Source: Octopus bimaculoides (Eukaryota). From it: a stretch of DNA of 64,000 nucleotides. The translations under genes were made by a program, and so were the position numbers. Of this stretch, positions 25,431 to 38,229 are shown one piece after another. Under the pieces are notes generated by a model, which was not told the DNA's origin, did not search any database, and saw only the letters and a list, made by a program, of their open reading frames with translations. Where the stretch lies: assembly GCF_001194135.2 (NCBI RefSeq), contig NC_068983.1, forward strand, positions 88,640,677-88,704,676, in the 5' to 3' direction. How positions within the stretch are numbered: position 1 is the first letter of the stretch; each line of letters begins with the position of its first letter.

Positions 25431-25765
25431 GGAGTATTATATGGTTTCACCCCCTCTTTCGACTTCAAGTAGCCTCTGATGTTCTTTGTATTTTTTCAAC
25501 ATGAGATGGAGTTGTCCTGTTTATATTTTGNNNNNNNNNNNNNNNNNNNNNNNNNNNNNNNNNNNNNNNNNNNNNNNNNNNNNNNNNNNNNNNNNNNNNN
25601 NNNNNNNNNNNNNNNNNNNNNNNNNNNNNNNNNNNNNNNNNNNNNNNNNNNNNNNNNNNNNNNNNNNNNNNNNNNNNNNNNNNTATACTGATGTAATGAC
25701 AGATTGTGTATAAAGCTTGAAACACGTGTACTGCAACATCCTTTGTGTCCTGTTTTCAATTTGCG

Positions 25766-25803
<38 letters not shown>

Positions 25804-26749
25804 CAAGCTTCTTTCAGTTTCCCTCTACCAAATTCACTCACAAGGCTTTGGTCGGCCTGAGGCTATAATAGAAGACACTTACCCAAGGTGCTACACATTG
25901 GGACTGAACCCAGAACTATGTGGTTGGGAAGTGAGCTTGTTACTACACAGCCACTCCTGTGCCTATGAGGAGTATTATATGGTTTCACCCCCTCTTTCGA
26001 CTTCAAGTAGCCTCTGATGTTCTTTGTATTTTTTCAACATGAGATGGAGTTGTCCTGTTTATATTTTGTGTTCATCTTATAATGCTTAATGAATCAGTTT
26101 GAAATTTTCTAAATTATCCAACAGCTTTCCTACTCTTTTGTTGTAATAGCATCTCTATTTAGTTGTTCTGTTTGTCTTTTGCATTTGAAATTTCATTCTG
26201 CTTTATTAATGCCTAACAAATGATTATATCATAAATTTTGACAATTTGCCATGCATTACAACATTTATAAGAGATTTCTTCATCATTATTATAGCCCAAA
26301 CAAATTCATTTGAAGTAAGTTGCTGTCATACTATAGAACAATGACACTGAAGTTTGATTTGATCTTTTCCATTAAGACCAATAAAAATCTTTCTCTAAAT
26401 TTTCAAACATGGCCTCCACTTACCTGTTGGAGTTGTTCTTTTTATTTTTTTGTTTTCATAAGTTCATCCTGCAATCTTCATTGTGCCACAATGTTTTAAT
26501 GTTCACAAATTCAGATGATTCACTCAGCATAAGAAATTTTGACGTTACTCTAGCATGCAGTGTACCACAGTATCTGTAGTCTACACTGTGAAATGACTTG
26601 ACCTAAGTTAAGGTTAGAAACACTTTTGAAATTACAGACTGAAAATTCAGAAAACCAAGGTATGTTAGTGTCCCCTCATATCTACACAAGAAATGTTGTT
26701 CTTCATGGATTATGCTGTTTTATCTCTCATCTCTACTCCTGCAGCCTAC

Positions 26750-27355
26750 CTAACATGTCATCTCTCTTTTTTCTCCCAACCATACTGTTAGTTTTCCTAT
26801 AGCCTCTCCAACTCATGCACTCCCTCCCCTCAATCCTTACAGGGGTTGCCTACCCCTTCCTCACTTCCCACACACACTCTTGCAAACCCCCATTCCTCCC
26901 ACCCCTACTGATCTTGCTATCTGAGGTACCGCCAAGACACCTCATCACTTTCCTGTATGAATTAGAAGTGTCTCCTTGGAAATACCTCTTATTCATTCTC
27001 ACTCTCTCTCCTAAATGTGACTAGCTATGTAACTCCTCTACAACAAGAACCTGCTTTACTCCTATCTCTTCCCTCATACCTTTATACCATCTGACTTACA
27101 GAGGCAACGTCCTCCCTCCCTGGGTTTGTGGAGTTACAAGCTACCTGGTAATCTCAATAGTACTGGTGGCATGAAAAAAGCACCCAGTACATATGGTAAA
27201 GTGTTTGATGTTAGAAAGGGCACTAAACTGTAGAAATCCTGTGAAAGCAGACACTAGAGTACATTGCAGTCCTTGTCAAACTGTCCAACTTGTGCCAGCA
27301 TGGGACATGAATGTTGAATGATGGTTGTGATGATGGTTGTGATGATGGTGGTGAT
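26750..27355 (+). mobile_element. Non-coding RTE-derived element: pyrimidine-rich 5' part plus RTE 3' tail
   Basis: The 3' part AAAAGCACCCAGTAC...GTTAGAAAGGGC...CTGTAGAAA...GCCAGCATGG...GATG resembles the RTE 3' UTR. No RT coding was recognised. Confidence 0.55.
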
Positions 27356-27549
27356 GATATTGCTCATGTAATACACATTTAGAAACTTTGAGAGACAAGA
27401 AATAAATTCCTTTTAACAGTGGAACATGAACTGGACAGAAGCTCTAAATAATAGCATATAAATATTTTGTTAAAAAAAAACCTTGGATAGAAAAAGTCAA
27501 AGGCTGACTAGAACTCATATCTTCTAAAACGGGTAGAGAAATTTGAAGG

Positions 27550-27632
27550 ATGGCTTTGATTCAGTGGTAGAATATCTGTCGTGCTTACAGAAGATACGGG
27601 TTCGAGCCTTATGTGCACCCTCCAACTTTTTT
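27550..27632 (+). pseudogene. tRNA-like relic (pseudo-tRNA or isolated SINE head)
   Basis: D-arm ATTC-AGTGGTA-GAAT; anticodon arm TCTGT-CGTGCTT-ACAGA (central TGC); T-loop GGGTTCGAGCC; T6 run at 27627-27632. The acceptor stem pairs poorly. Confidence 0.5.
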
Positions 27633-28084
27633 CAATCCTAAAGGGTTTTCTTAACTCAGTATTTACACATTATTTTTAGCTTTAGCTACTACACTAAAAT
27701 AATATATATATACATATCGTTATAGCTCTAGTTAAGAATTCAAATGCCCAATACTATCTCATTATTATCATTAATATTTTCTCACACCAGCAGCCTGAGT
27801 TTTTGCTATTTTGCAGTGTCCAATTCTATTTCATTATCAGAATTACTATTCTTTCACTCCAGCAGCAGCAGCAATGTTAAACCCATTCATTCAATTATGT
27901 TACCCTAAATCCCAATATTCCGTATCCTTGTGTTCTGCCTTTGACCAGCCTAACTCTGGTCTCTCTCTCAGTTTTGTTAACCACTTGCTTCTCCCAACAC
28001 TTCACTTCCACTAGCCCCACCCCACCCTATATAAACTAGCTCATTCAGATTCCCCTACCTCATATTTTAATACCCCATATTTTA

Positions 28085-29530
28085 ATACCTCATCTTTGTG
28101 TGGAACACATTTGTTTTGCTGTCTTGCGGCAGTATTGTTCGATGTCTTCCCTCTTGTTTCTTGGGGGAATGTCATAGGTGTGTGCTTTTGTGATGGAATA
28201 TGAAGATTTGAGTTCTTCTTCTTCAGACTTTACATTGTCTGAGGAAGAGCTGGTTAAAAGTCTGAAGAGAATAGACAAGGCAATGGAGGTGAAGAATTAT
28301 GCAGAGGCGCTGAAAGAGAAAAGTGAAGATGTGTGTCTCGAGGAGTTGAGTAGCTTCAAAGAAATGCTTAAAAAGGAGGTGAACGACGTAAAAGTGTCCC
28401 CCACCAAAAAGAGTTTTAAAAGAAAAAAGAAAACAACATTATTTACAGGACGTACTCAGCAACAACCAGGAAAATTGAAATCATGTTGACCACTCAAGTC
28501 GAAAAAGCATTAAAACCAATCTGGCAAGAGATTTCTTACCTTGCCAGAGGAAGAAAGTTTGGAACTGTGGAGGTGCAGTTCCAGGAGGTAGCTACTGCTA
28601 AGCTGCACTTGACAACATGGATGAAGCAGTGCTTCTACCCATATACCTTGGGAGGCATGCTTCCAGGGTTAGGATAGAAGATATACCCCCAGAAATTGAT
28701 GTAGCCTGGCTAGCAGCTGCCATACTGTTGGGCACAAAAGAGAAGGTAGTGGTCCTCCGGGCCAACAGAACACCCAACAAGAAATGGCAAGGGCAGAGCC
28801 CAGATATGATAATCCAGACAGCCCCAAAAGACCATGAAAACATGGTCGAGACCATCACAGTCAAAGAGGTGACACTCAGGGTCAGAGTAGAAGGCAGGAT
28901 CCCACAATACTATAAATGTGACCTGAAAGGCCACATTTGAGCAGACTGTCCTCCAGCACCCATGAAGACTAAAGAGAAACCTGAAAGCAGGAAGGAAATT
29001 GCGACTTCACCACTGACAAAATCCAGTACTAGCACCGAGGAAGATGAAGTGAATGAGGAAAAGAACAGATGGGGAAACGGTTGGTTTAAAAAGAAGAAAG
29101 AGAAGGAAAAAAGCACATTTAATAAATGATGACTCCCCCATCCCACACCCACCCGACTCCCACCCACACCCACTCTACCCTAACCTCTCCCTACAGACAC
29201 CAATCCTCTCCATGTCCTGCCTGACATAAAGACAAGCACAAGCACACAAGAGCACCAAACTTTCCCACCCTTGCCCTGTAAGAAAAAATATGTTACACTG
29301 TACAATGAACAAAATGAAAAACTTTACAATGAGATAGACTCGTGGGACAGAGTGATAAAAGTGAATATAACAGAAGTTGGGGATTGCCAGAGTACATTCA
29401 TTGTGCAGTGGCAGACCCAGAGTATCTTATGAGAGTAAAGGATTATGAGGAGGACTTTGAGTGGTGGGTCAAGAAAATAGACACCAGCATAATACCAGAA
29501 TGGATAAGCTAACTTGAACTTTAAAAAAAA
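28085..29530 (+). mobile_element. Decayed LINE ORF1/gag-like element with no ORF2
   Basis: Broken ORF from about 28193 to TAA 29510-29512. It has an RRM-like GRKFGTVEVQF...RVRIEDIPPEI segment and a decayed CCHC knuckle (Y)YKCDLKGHI*ADCP, followed by a short A-rich tail. Confidence 0.65.
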
Positions 29531-30439
29531 TTTAACATAGATATTCTTCGGAAAGATGAAAGTTAGCAGTTGCTAATAGTGTTTTGAACTGTTACAAGTA
29601 GTGTTTTAAAAAGAAGTTGTATTAACAGATTCATTGAAGTCACTCGGAGGTGGGAGCTGAACGGCTTCATTTCATCTATCATTTTATCTAATTCATCTTT
29701 TCCAACCAGTTTTTGTTTCTGTACCTACCATGTGCTGTCCCCTCTGTGTTAGGCCCTGTGTGGCTAATAAAGAATTATCATATTTTAATACCCCACCACA
29801 TGAAGTGGAAACTAGAAGATGTTCAGATAAGCAAACTTGTTTTCCAGCCTAGCACACATATAAAACCTCTTTTCAGTGCAATTATAATTACTTTATTATT
29901 TCATTTCATTGTCTATCTATGTAAACACAGTTTCGTCTTCCATGCCATATGTTTAGAGAAAAAAAAACTTAAGATCCCTTCGCTCAACCTAACTCTCCCT
30001 CTCTTTTACACTTATTTATTATTGTCATATATTCACTTGTTTATCTAATTTTGTCACAAATTTTTGACCAAAAACTGTTGGTTATAGCTCTAGTTAAGAA
30101 TTCAAATGCCCAATTCTATCTCATTATTATCATTAATATTTTCTCACACTGGCAGCCTGAGTTTTTGCTATTTTGTGGTGTGCCCACCCTTCNNNNNNNN
30201 NNCCCTTCCCACCCCCACCACCTGTACCGGAAGTCTCTATTCTCTGACCTCTATCGGATGTCTCTCCCATGAACAACTCCAAAGGCTTAATGTTCCCCCA
30301 TCCCTGCTTAGGGTTTATCTCCTATGTAATGGAGTGATTATGTAGTGCATAAAAATGATGGTGTAGTGTATGGAGGTTGAATGCTGTTGTATGTTCATGA
30401 GTTCTGCCAAATGCGAACCTTCTTTTCAGGTACATGACA

Positions 30440-30660
30440 TTGCTGTCCCCCCCTATCCCAGGATCCTGTGGGCCCACACCTCCCACAGACTCAGAGTTGG
30501 CACACTAAAAGGTAGATCTGGTGAGATTGTTGAGATGCTTGAATAGAGACATGTAGATTTGTGCTGCATCCAAGAAGTAAGGTAGAGAAGAAGTTCTGCT
30601 AGGTTCCTCACAGGCAAAGAACAAAGGTATAACATTTTCTCATTTGAGAAGCTGTAGTTG
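30440..30660 (+). mobile_element. RTE-family 5' endonuclease fragment
   Basis: LRVGTLKGRSGEIVEMLE*RHVDLCCIQEVR, homologous to 20375-20560. Confidence 0.8.
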
Positions 30661-33600
30661 CTTAATCCTACCTTAAAATTGATTGAGTAGCCCCACAATC
30701 AAAAACATTCCAGCTGTGACTATTCCATCTAATTTAAGTCTCCCTTACAACAGATCCTTCCCTAGAAGACAATGGAGTGAGTTTCGAGAGAGATTTGACC
30801 TATTTATGGTAAGCCAAGCTCCCATACGTAGGTTTCTTCTTTGGTAGTGATGGAGTGAAGATTCAAAGGAAGATGACGATGCTTCTGGTTAATTATATTT
30901 TTCCTTTCTTTTTTGTTTTAATTTAATCAAGTCAGCACAATTTATTGTCATTGCATTTACAACAAAAATTAGAAAATGATAGAGAAAATAGATGTGATAT
31001 AGATAATGTTGTGATGTTGTAAACTTCAGGTTATAAAATAACTTCTGTTGTAGCACAGAGATGATAATGCTCTAAGACCTACTCGTAAACCAGGCTTGGT
31101 TCAATATAAATCATCAGAAATCCATTGATGGTCAGATTGGTAGAATACCAGACATAAAGGGTATAACACTACACTGTGTCTAAAACCAGTTCACATAAAT
31201 CTTAACATCTTGGCGAACCTAGCTATAAATAGATACAACACGGGAGAATGATTCACTAATGTAAACAAAAGTAGTACTGCAAAACTGTTTTCTAACAAAA
31301 TCTCAAATTTGGGGGAAGGGTACAATAAAATAAAGTATAAGTACTTGACTGGTACTTTATTTTATTGACTCACGAAGAATGAAAGGCAAAGTTGACCTTT
31401 ATGGGATTTGAATTTTGAACATAATTTGTAAATTTCTTGTGGTAGGTTCAAGTCCTGACATAGCTATGAGCCATTATGGAAACACTAACAATGGCGGTCC
31501 TACGTTAAATTCTATCATCAACAATCTTGGACACTAAACTGAAATGGTGAAAGGAAATCAACAGGTTTCAGTGAGCATGATACATTTTAAAGTTAACCAG
31601 TGACCATTAAATAAAAGTAATTTAATATATTTGTTGAAAGATCTGTCACAGAAAAAGATTAAAATTATATCCTTTTCCCTATGCAATCACAGCCATTTAC
31701 AGCAACAACAACATGACTGCTTTATGTTGTGCTTTTATAGACTAACCTCATTACACCACTCCTCACTAATAATGGACTTGATCTCACATTTATAAGTTCT
31801 GACATTCTCCTGTAATGGATTAAAATTTGGCTGTTTTTATGTTGTGTGCCAGATTCTGTTTTTTAAAGTTTACAGCCAGAATTCTTCCAATTGAGAATTT
31901 CTATTCACAATTTTACAACTGAGTCAGAATTTGTTTAAATTTATTCAAATGACAGAATTTAATGTAAAATCTGAATGAGTTAAGTAGGAATTACTTGTAC
32001 TACATCTATAACCCATGTTCTATTAAATTTGCAGATTCAGAGTCAGTTTCTGTTGTAAATGAGAGATAAATCTCCTGAATAAAAGGTTAATCTACAGCAG
32101 ATAATTTTTTCTATTTAAACTTTTGTCCTTTATTTCTAACATTCAGATGAACTGAGACATATACATTAATAATCATTAGTAAGTATCAAATCCGGAAACT
32201 TAGCATTTGTTCTGATCTTCAGTAGAGAGGAGAATACGGAGGTGTCATGATATGGAAATGAGAGCAAGTGATGTACATACTGTTTAAGAGTACCATCACT
32301 TCATTGACTAGGTTCATTAGAAATCTTACCTACCTCTAGTCAATTTCAAAATGACTTAAAAAAGTTTAAAAAATTAACTCCTAGCCATTTGTACAGATCC
32401 AGGAATGTATTTTCAGTGAAATGGTGTAAGTGAATAAATGAAACAAATGAATCAGAGAGGACAAACTGTGTCAAGGTCAGTGAAATTGCACCTGCCTTTG
32501 TACTACCATTTTTTAGATTCTGAGAGCAAACCTAGGGATACTGAAATAATGAAAGATTTATCAGAAAAAATTCATATTTATTTTTATTTTAGTCATCTTT
32601 TTTTTACATTTCTTTATGATTTAATGCTTTCAGTGAAGCAGTTATGATACAATGTTAACAAAGAGACTCAATTAACATTTGTTAAGAATACAAGTTGATG
32701 ACATGTGCTAACAAACACATGCAAATGACAAACATTAATAAACAGTACACAAAAACAAAAAGAAGCTTATTAATAAATAGCATATATATATAGAAGCATT
32801 TAACTTGGTCAAAGTATGAAATACATGTGTCCTTTTTATATATGCTTACAAACATTTTGAGTGTCACTTTCTTACAAAAAACTTTTACTTCAATGACTCC
32901 TTCAATTAAATAAATTAGAGGAGTGGATGAACCTTCAAAGTAAAACATTCAGTCAAGTCCATCTTGTAGCTAAAGCTCACAAGGATTGCACCTCAGCGCA
33001 TCACTTTTCATAATGCAGTCACTAGCTACATCTCAATTATTCCACCCAACAGTGAAGTGGACTGGTCATTGACACAATTCAGTAGCAGTATCAGGATATG
33101 AACAGCTAACATGTTATCATATGTAGCATTTTTGGTCATCTGAGACTTATTTGAATTGCTTCTTGCTGTTTCTGTGGCAACCCAGATGTCTCATCCAAAC
33201 AATTATTCAACTATGAATTACCCACTCTCTTCCTCCCAGTAATTATCAAAGCAAACAAATTTATTTGAATTATAAAATGTGACTATTTTACAAACACAAG
33301 ACAGGAATTGTTTATATGATGGTGGATGTGGTAGAGAAGAAACAGAGCCAACAGAGAACAAGATTAGAAGCCTTATAGTATTTAGTTTAATTTTCTGTTT
33401 TGTACTTCAAGAACTGCATGAGCCAATTCAATATTTTGTAGTTCTGGAGTAGGGTTTCAATCAACCATATCCATCCCTACAATAATTAGCCAAAAAGAAA
33501 CATTAAAATAATAAAATACGGCATCATCAACATCACACACATGATGACCATCATCATCACCAATAGCAATCACAATATCAGTCATTCAGCATCTTTTTCT

Positions 33601-34099
33601 TAATTTTGTTTCATCTACAGACTTTCTTTCCTCAACAAACCAAATAAGAGTATTAAGATAGACTTGAAATGTTTTCTTCTTGTCTTCCAAAATATAACTG
33701 ATATCTTTCACTATGTATGATGTCACACGAAGATTCATTTGAACTAATGCCAGTGTATTATTACTGTTTCTTTAATTAATCTCAAGGGAAACTCGACAGA
33801 GTCAATCCAGGCAGGATTTGAACTTAAAATTTAGGATAAAATTAAATAATGTTATATTATTATTTGTTAGCCCCAAAATATATGTAATTTAAAAAAACAT
33901 AACAGAAAAGTATTTTCAATTGAAATTCTTAAAAAAATATATGATAAAAATAAATGATTGAAAATTATATATACTATTTTAAAAAAAGAAGTAAAAATGA
34001 AAAATATTAAGACTTGTGTTCCATATCTGTAAATATTTAGTTTTGTAAAAGAACTTTCAGATAGATATAACTGTTTCTCTTCAGAATTAAACATGGCAA

Positions 34100-34238
34100 T
34101 CAGAATATGGTCAGTTTCTTATGAGCATGTCTCTGGTTTTTCTGCTGTCCTATAGCTTTCTCAGATACTTTCAGCTGGCTTTTGTATGTCTCAAGGTCAT
34201 TAAGTTTTTCCTGCACTGATTTTACAACACTCTGATTC
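34100..34238 (-). CDS. Terminal coding exon of an unidentified coiled-coil protein gene: (R)NQSVVKSVQEKLNDLETYKSQLKVSEKAIGQQKNQRHAHKKLTIF*
   Basis: Acceptor tatgtttttacacag. The first base G completes the CG codon from the upstream exon (phase 2). TGA at 34102-34100. Confidence 0.85.
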
Positions 34239-34789
34239 CTGTGTAAAAACATAAATATAAATGTTAATTTATAAGATAAAGAACATGGACATGTGTATTG
34301 CATAGTCAAATACTGGAACATTGATGATTAAATATTTCCATAAGTGGCTGTGATAAACCATTATGGACTCTTTTCTAAGAGGATCTGGTATCACATAGAG
34401 TCAATGTCTAGACAGACACAAGTATGCAGGATATGTATTCTGTTTAATATCACATGGTCAATTTGAGTTGGAGGTTCAATCATTTTGAGCATTTTCCTTT
34501 GTATAAGTTATTTATACATATACCTCCCTGATGACACTTAATCAAGAGGGTATGTTTAAGACAGATTCACTGAATTGTTGAAACAGATATTAAAATGAAA
34601 ATAGTGTTAGTGGTGATAACAAGTAGTAGTAATTACAGAAATTTACAACCCTTATATTTTAAGTCTTGCAGAACTTGTGAATCAGCAAATGGTCTTAGAA
34701 AATACACTTTATCAACTATGAGCACTTGGTCTGCAGCCCTGCCAATATTATTTAGCAACAAAAGAATATCTTTTTCTACTCTGATGACC

Positions 34790-36296
34790 TTGCTTTAATT
34801 GCTGAGTCACTATCAGAACTAGAGGAGAAATTTCAGGTGTGGAAGCAAGGTTGACAATCAAAGCACCTTAGAGTCAACCTAGCAAAAACCAAAGTCTTAA
34901 TAAGTAGGAAGGCAGACAAACCACAAATACTGATGGCCCTGCTCGATCTGTAAAAAAGGCATAGGTAGAAACTCCATAAGATGTACCAAGTGTAAGCTAT
35001 GGACACAAAGAAGTGCAGCAATATCAAAGGAAAGCTAACTGGGAAGATTGTTTTTGTGTCTGGCAAATGCTCAGGAGCAATAAACACTTAAAATGTGCAG
35101 AAAACAGCTTCTGTCACATTCCAGGGGGAAAACTACAAGTAGTTGAGAGCTTCTATTATCTAAGTGACCAAGTCAGTAGTGGGGGCAGATGCTCTGAAAG
35201 TGTAGCTGCTAGAATAAGAATAGCCTGGGCAAAGTTCAAAGAGCTCCTACCTCTGCTGGTGACAAAGGGCCTCTCGCTCAGAGTGAAAGGTAGACTGCAT
35301 GACGCATGTGTGCGAACANNNNNNNNNNGGCCTCTCGCTCAGAGTGAAAGGTAGACTGCATGACGCATGTGTGCGAACAGCCATGCTACATGGCAGAGAA
35401 ACATGGGCCATGACTGCTGAGGACATGCATAAGCTTGCAAGGAATGAAGCCAGTATGCTCTGCTGGATGTATAATGTCAGTGTTCATACACGAGTGAGTG
35501 TAAGCGCCCTGAGAGAAAAGTTGGATTTAAGAAGCATCAGATGTGGTGTGCAAGAGAGATGACTGTGCTGGTATGGTCATGTGTTGCGAACGGATGAGGA
35601 CAGCCGTGTGAAAAAGTGTCACACCCTAGCAACCTGTGGAAGAGGTAGACCCAGGAAGACTTGGGATGAGGTGTTAAAGCATGACCTTCGAACACTGGGC
35701 CTCACTGAGGCAATGACAAGTAACTGAAACCTTTGGAGATATGCTGTGCTTGAGAAGACCCAACAAGCCAAGTGATACCATAACCGTGGCCTATGCCAGT
35801 GTTGTATAACCAGCCCATTTAAGAGTACCCTTCAATCATTGGACAATAAACTACGCTTAAGAAGACCTGTTGAGGCAAGTGAAATCATTGTCATGGCCAG
35901 TGACAGTACCACCTGATTGGCACCTGTGCCAGTGGAATGTTAAAAGCACCATTCGAGCATGATCATTGCCAGGGCTGCTGACTGGCTCCCATACTGTTGG
36001 CACGTAAAAAGCACTATTCGAGTGTGGTCATTGCCAATTCTGCCAGACTGGCTCCTGTGCTGGTGGCATGTAAAAAGTACCATTTGAGCATAGCCGATGC
36101 CAGTACTGCCTGATTGGCCCTCGTGCTGGTGGCATGTAAAAGCACCCACTACATTCTTGGACTGGTTGGTATTAGGAAGGGCATCCAGCTGTAGAAACTT
36201 TGCCATATCAGACTGGAGCTTGGTGCAGCCTTCTGGCTCACCAGCCCTAAGTCAAACCGTCCAACTCATGCCAGCATGGAAAGCAGATGTTAAACA

Positions 36297-36330
<34 letters not shown>
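34790..36330 (+). mobile_element. 5'-truncated RTE LINE (PHD family) with complete 3' UTR and (GAT)n tail
   Basis: WPCSICKKG PHD start, SFYYLSDQV, GRGRPRKTW, 3' UTR repeat array at about 35930-36150, tail at 36260-36330. Confidence 0.9.
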
Positions 36331-36331
36331 C

Positions 36332-36484
36332 TCTAGGCACAAGGCCCAAAATTTTTTATTGAACCTGAAAGGATGAAAGGCAAAGCCAACCTTGGCAGGA
36401 TTTGAACTCAGAAAGTAAAGACAGGTGAAATACCGCTAAGCATTTTACCCGGCGTGCTAATGTTTTTGCCAGCTTGCTGCCTTA
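36332..36484 (-). mobile_element. SINE family A copy adjoining the RTE (GAT)n tail
   Basis: GAAAGGATGAAAGGCAAAG...ATTTGAACTCAG...GCCAGCTTGCTGCCTT. Confidence 0.75.
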
Positions 36485-38229
36485 ACAACAAAAGAATATT
36501 ATTAACATGAATATGAAAAATGTACCAGTTTTTGACTTACTAGTCTACTTGTTTTTGGCCTCCTCTCACTTCTTTTACAACAGCATCATCATCATGTTTT
36601 TATTCATTTTATCATTTCCTTTATCATCAATTTTTTCTTTTTCATCATTTTTAATCATCATCATTAATGTTTTTATCATAACTTTGTCTTCTCAATCATT
36701 TTCTTTTTCTGTTTCTCCCTCTATCTCACCCCTCCTCGACTTAATCAATTTGCATGTTATGTGTTTTAGGTCTTAACAAAAAGGTAGGAAATGCATTACT
36801 GTGAATTAAGATCAATGCTACATATAGTTTTAGGGATAGGTAATGCCCATAAAATGCAGTTTGTGACAACACTAACAGTGAAAAACTTCCTGTGCCAATT
36901 GTCTCCAGTCTCTTCTAGTGAGTTGCTAATGAAGACATGGAGAAAATAAAAAGAGGATGAAAATTATGATTCACTAATAACTGATAAAACAAATTTTATA
37001 AATTTTATATAATAATTGCTGTGAATTAAAAAAATGCTGTGTGTGCATGACAAACATTATAAATTTGATAAATGATGTGAATTTGATAGAATCAGACAGT
37101 TTTTAATAAACATTGTGTGTTTGATAAGTAATATTTAATAAATGTTGTGTGTTTAATAAAAGTTCTCTTCAGATGTTCATATACAATGTATCTCCAAATG
37201 AAAAGTATGAGAAATATGTTTAAACTATTTTAAAAAGCATATACTAAAATAGTCACATTTTCATCTCATTTCCATTTCTATTTTTCTTTTCCTTACTCAC
37301 CCACACCATCACTAGCCAAGAATCTTCCAAGCACAGGTAAAATATGTGTGAGTAGGAGGAAAGAAAGAGACTTTGGGGTTGAATCCTCTGACATATGATA
37401 ACGATCCTATAATAAGCATCTAGCCTGAGGCCACAAATAATAGAATGAGGTTTAAGGTATGTGCAGGTGGCAAAGGGGAGAGAGAGACTTTGGCAAAGAA
37501 AGAAAAGGAACATAAAAACAAAAACAGGAAATAGTTCATAACAGGGGAGGTAATTAAAAAGTGTCACGTCTCCCTAATTAGATAGGAGAGAAATTATTCC
37601 TCTACTATCTTTTTATTGTATGAGCAACAATTTTCTAGATAACACACGCATAGAGTTCAGAAAATTAATCACTAGGCTGGCTGATATATCAATGGTGTGA
37701 ATGGTCAAGTGTGGTCAAATGATTGAGGGCAGATGGGCGAGAATGTTTAGGTTTTCCAGGATATGGTGAGGAATGCTTCTAATTCATTTGCTGGAAAGGA
37801 AAATGCATGTCATTACTGGCTAATCTTTCACCACACTACATAATACTCCACCATACAACACCATAATAAGCTGCAACACCACACTCCCTATCTAGTAATA
37901 ATTAAAAACATGTCACATGTAGACTCATAACAGGATATAGGAGAAGTTGTGTAATTACCTTTACCAAAACATATAGATAAGGACACTTGAGGCAAGCTAG
38001 GAAATGATTGCAAGTTAAAATTACCTGTTTACTTAAAAAGGATTTGTCATAGGTTTAAATTTGTATAAGCACTACACAATATTACCTTTAAGAAGTTGAA
38101 ATTAGTCAACATATATGTATGTGTGGATACATATATGTGTGAGTGTGTGTATGTATGTGTGCATAAATAAATATGTATGCATGTGTTATGTATGTTTATA
38201 CAAATATATATGTTTGTATGTGTTCTCAG

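Noticed and set aside
26050-26585. Minus-strand segment with a perfect CAG|gtaagt donor (near 26423) and coiled-coil-like peptide scraps
   Set aside because: All frames contain stops, and it cannot be distinguished from non-coding sequence without expression data.
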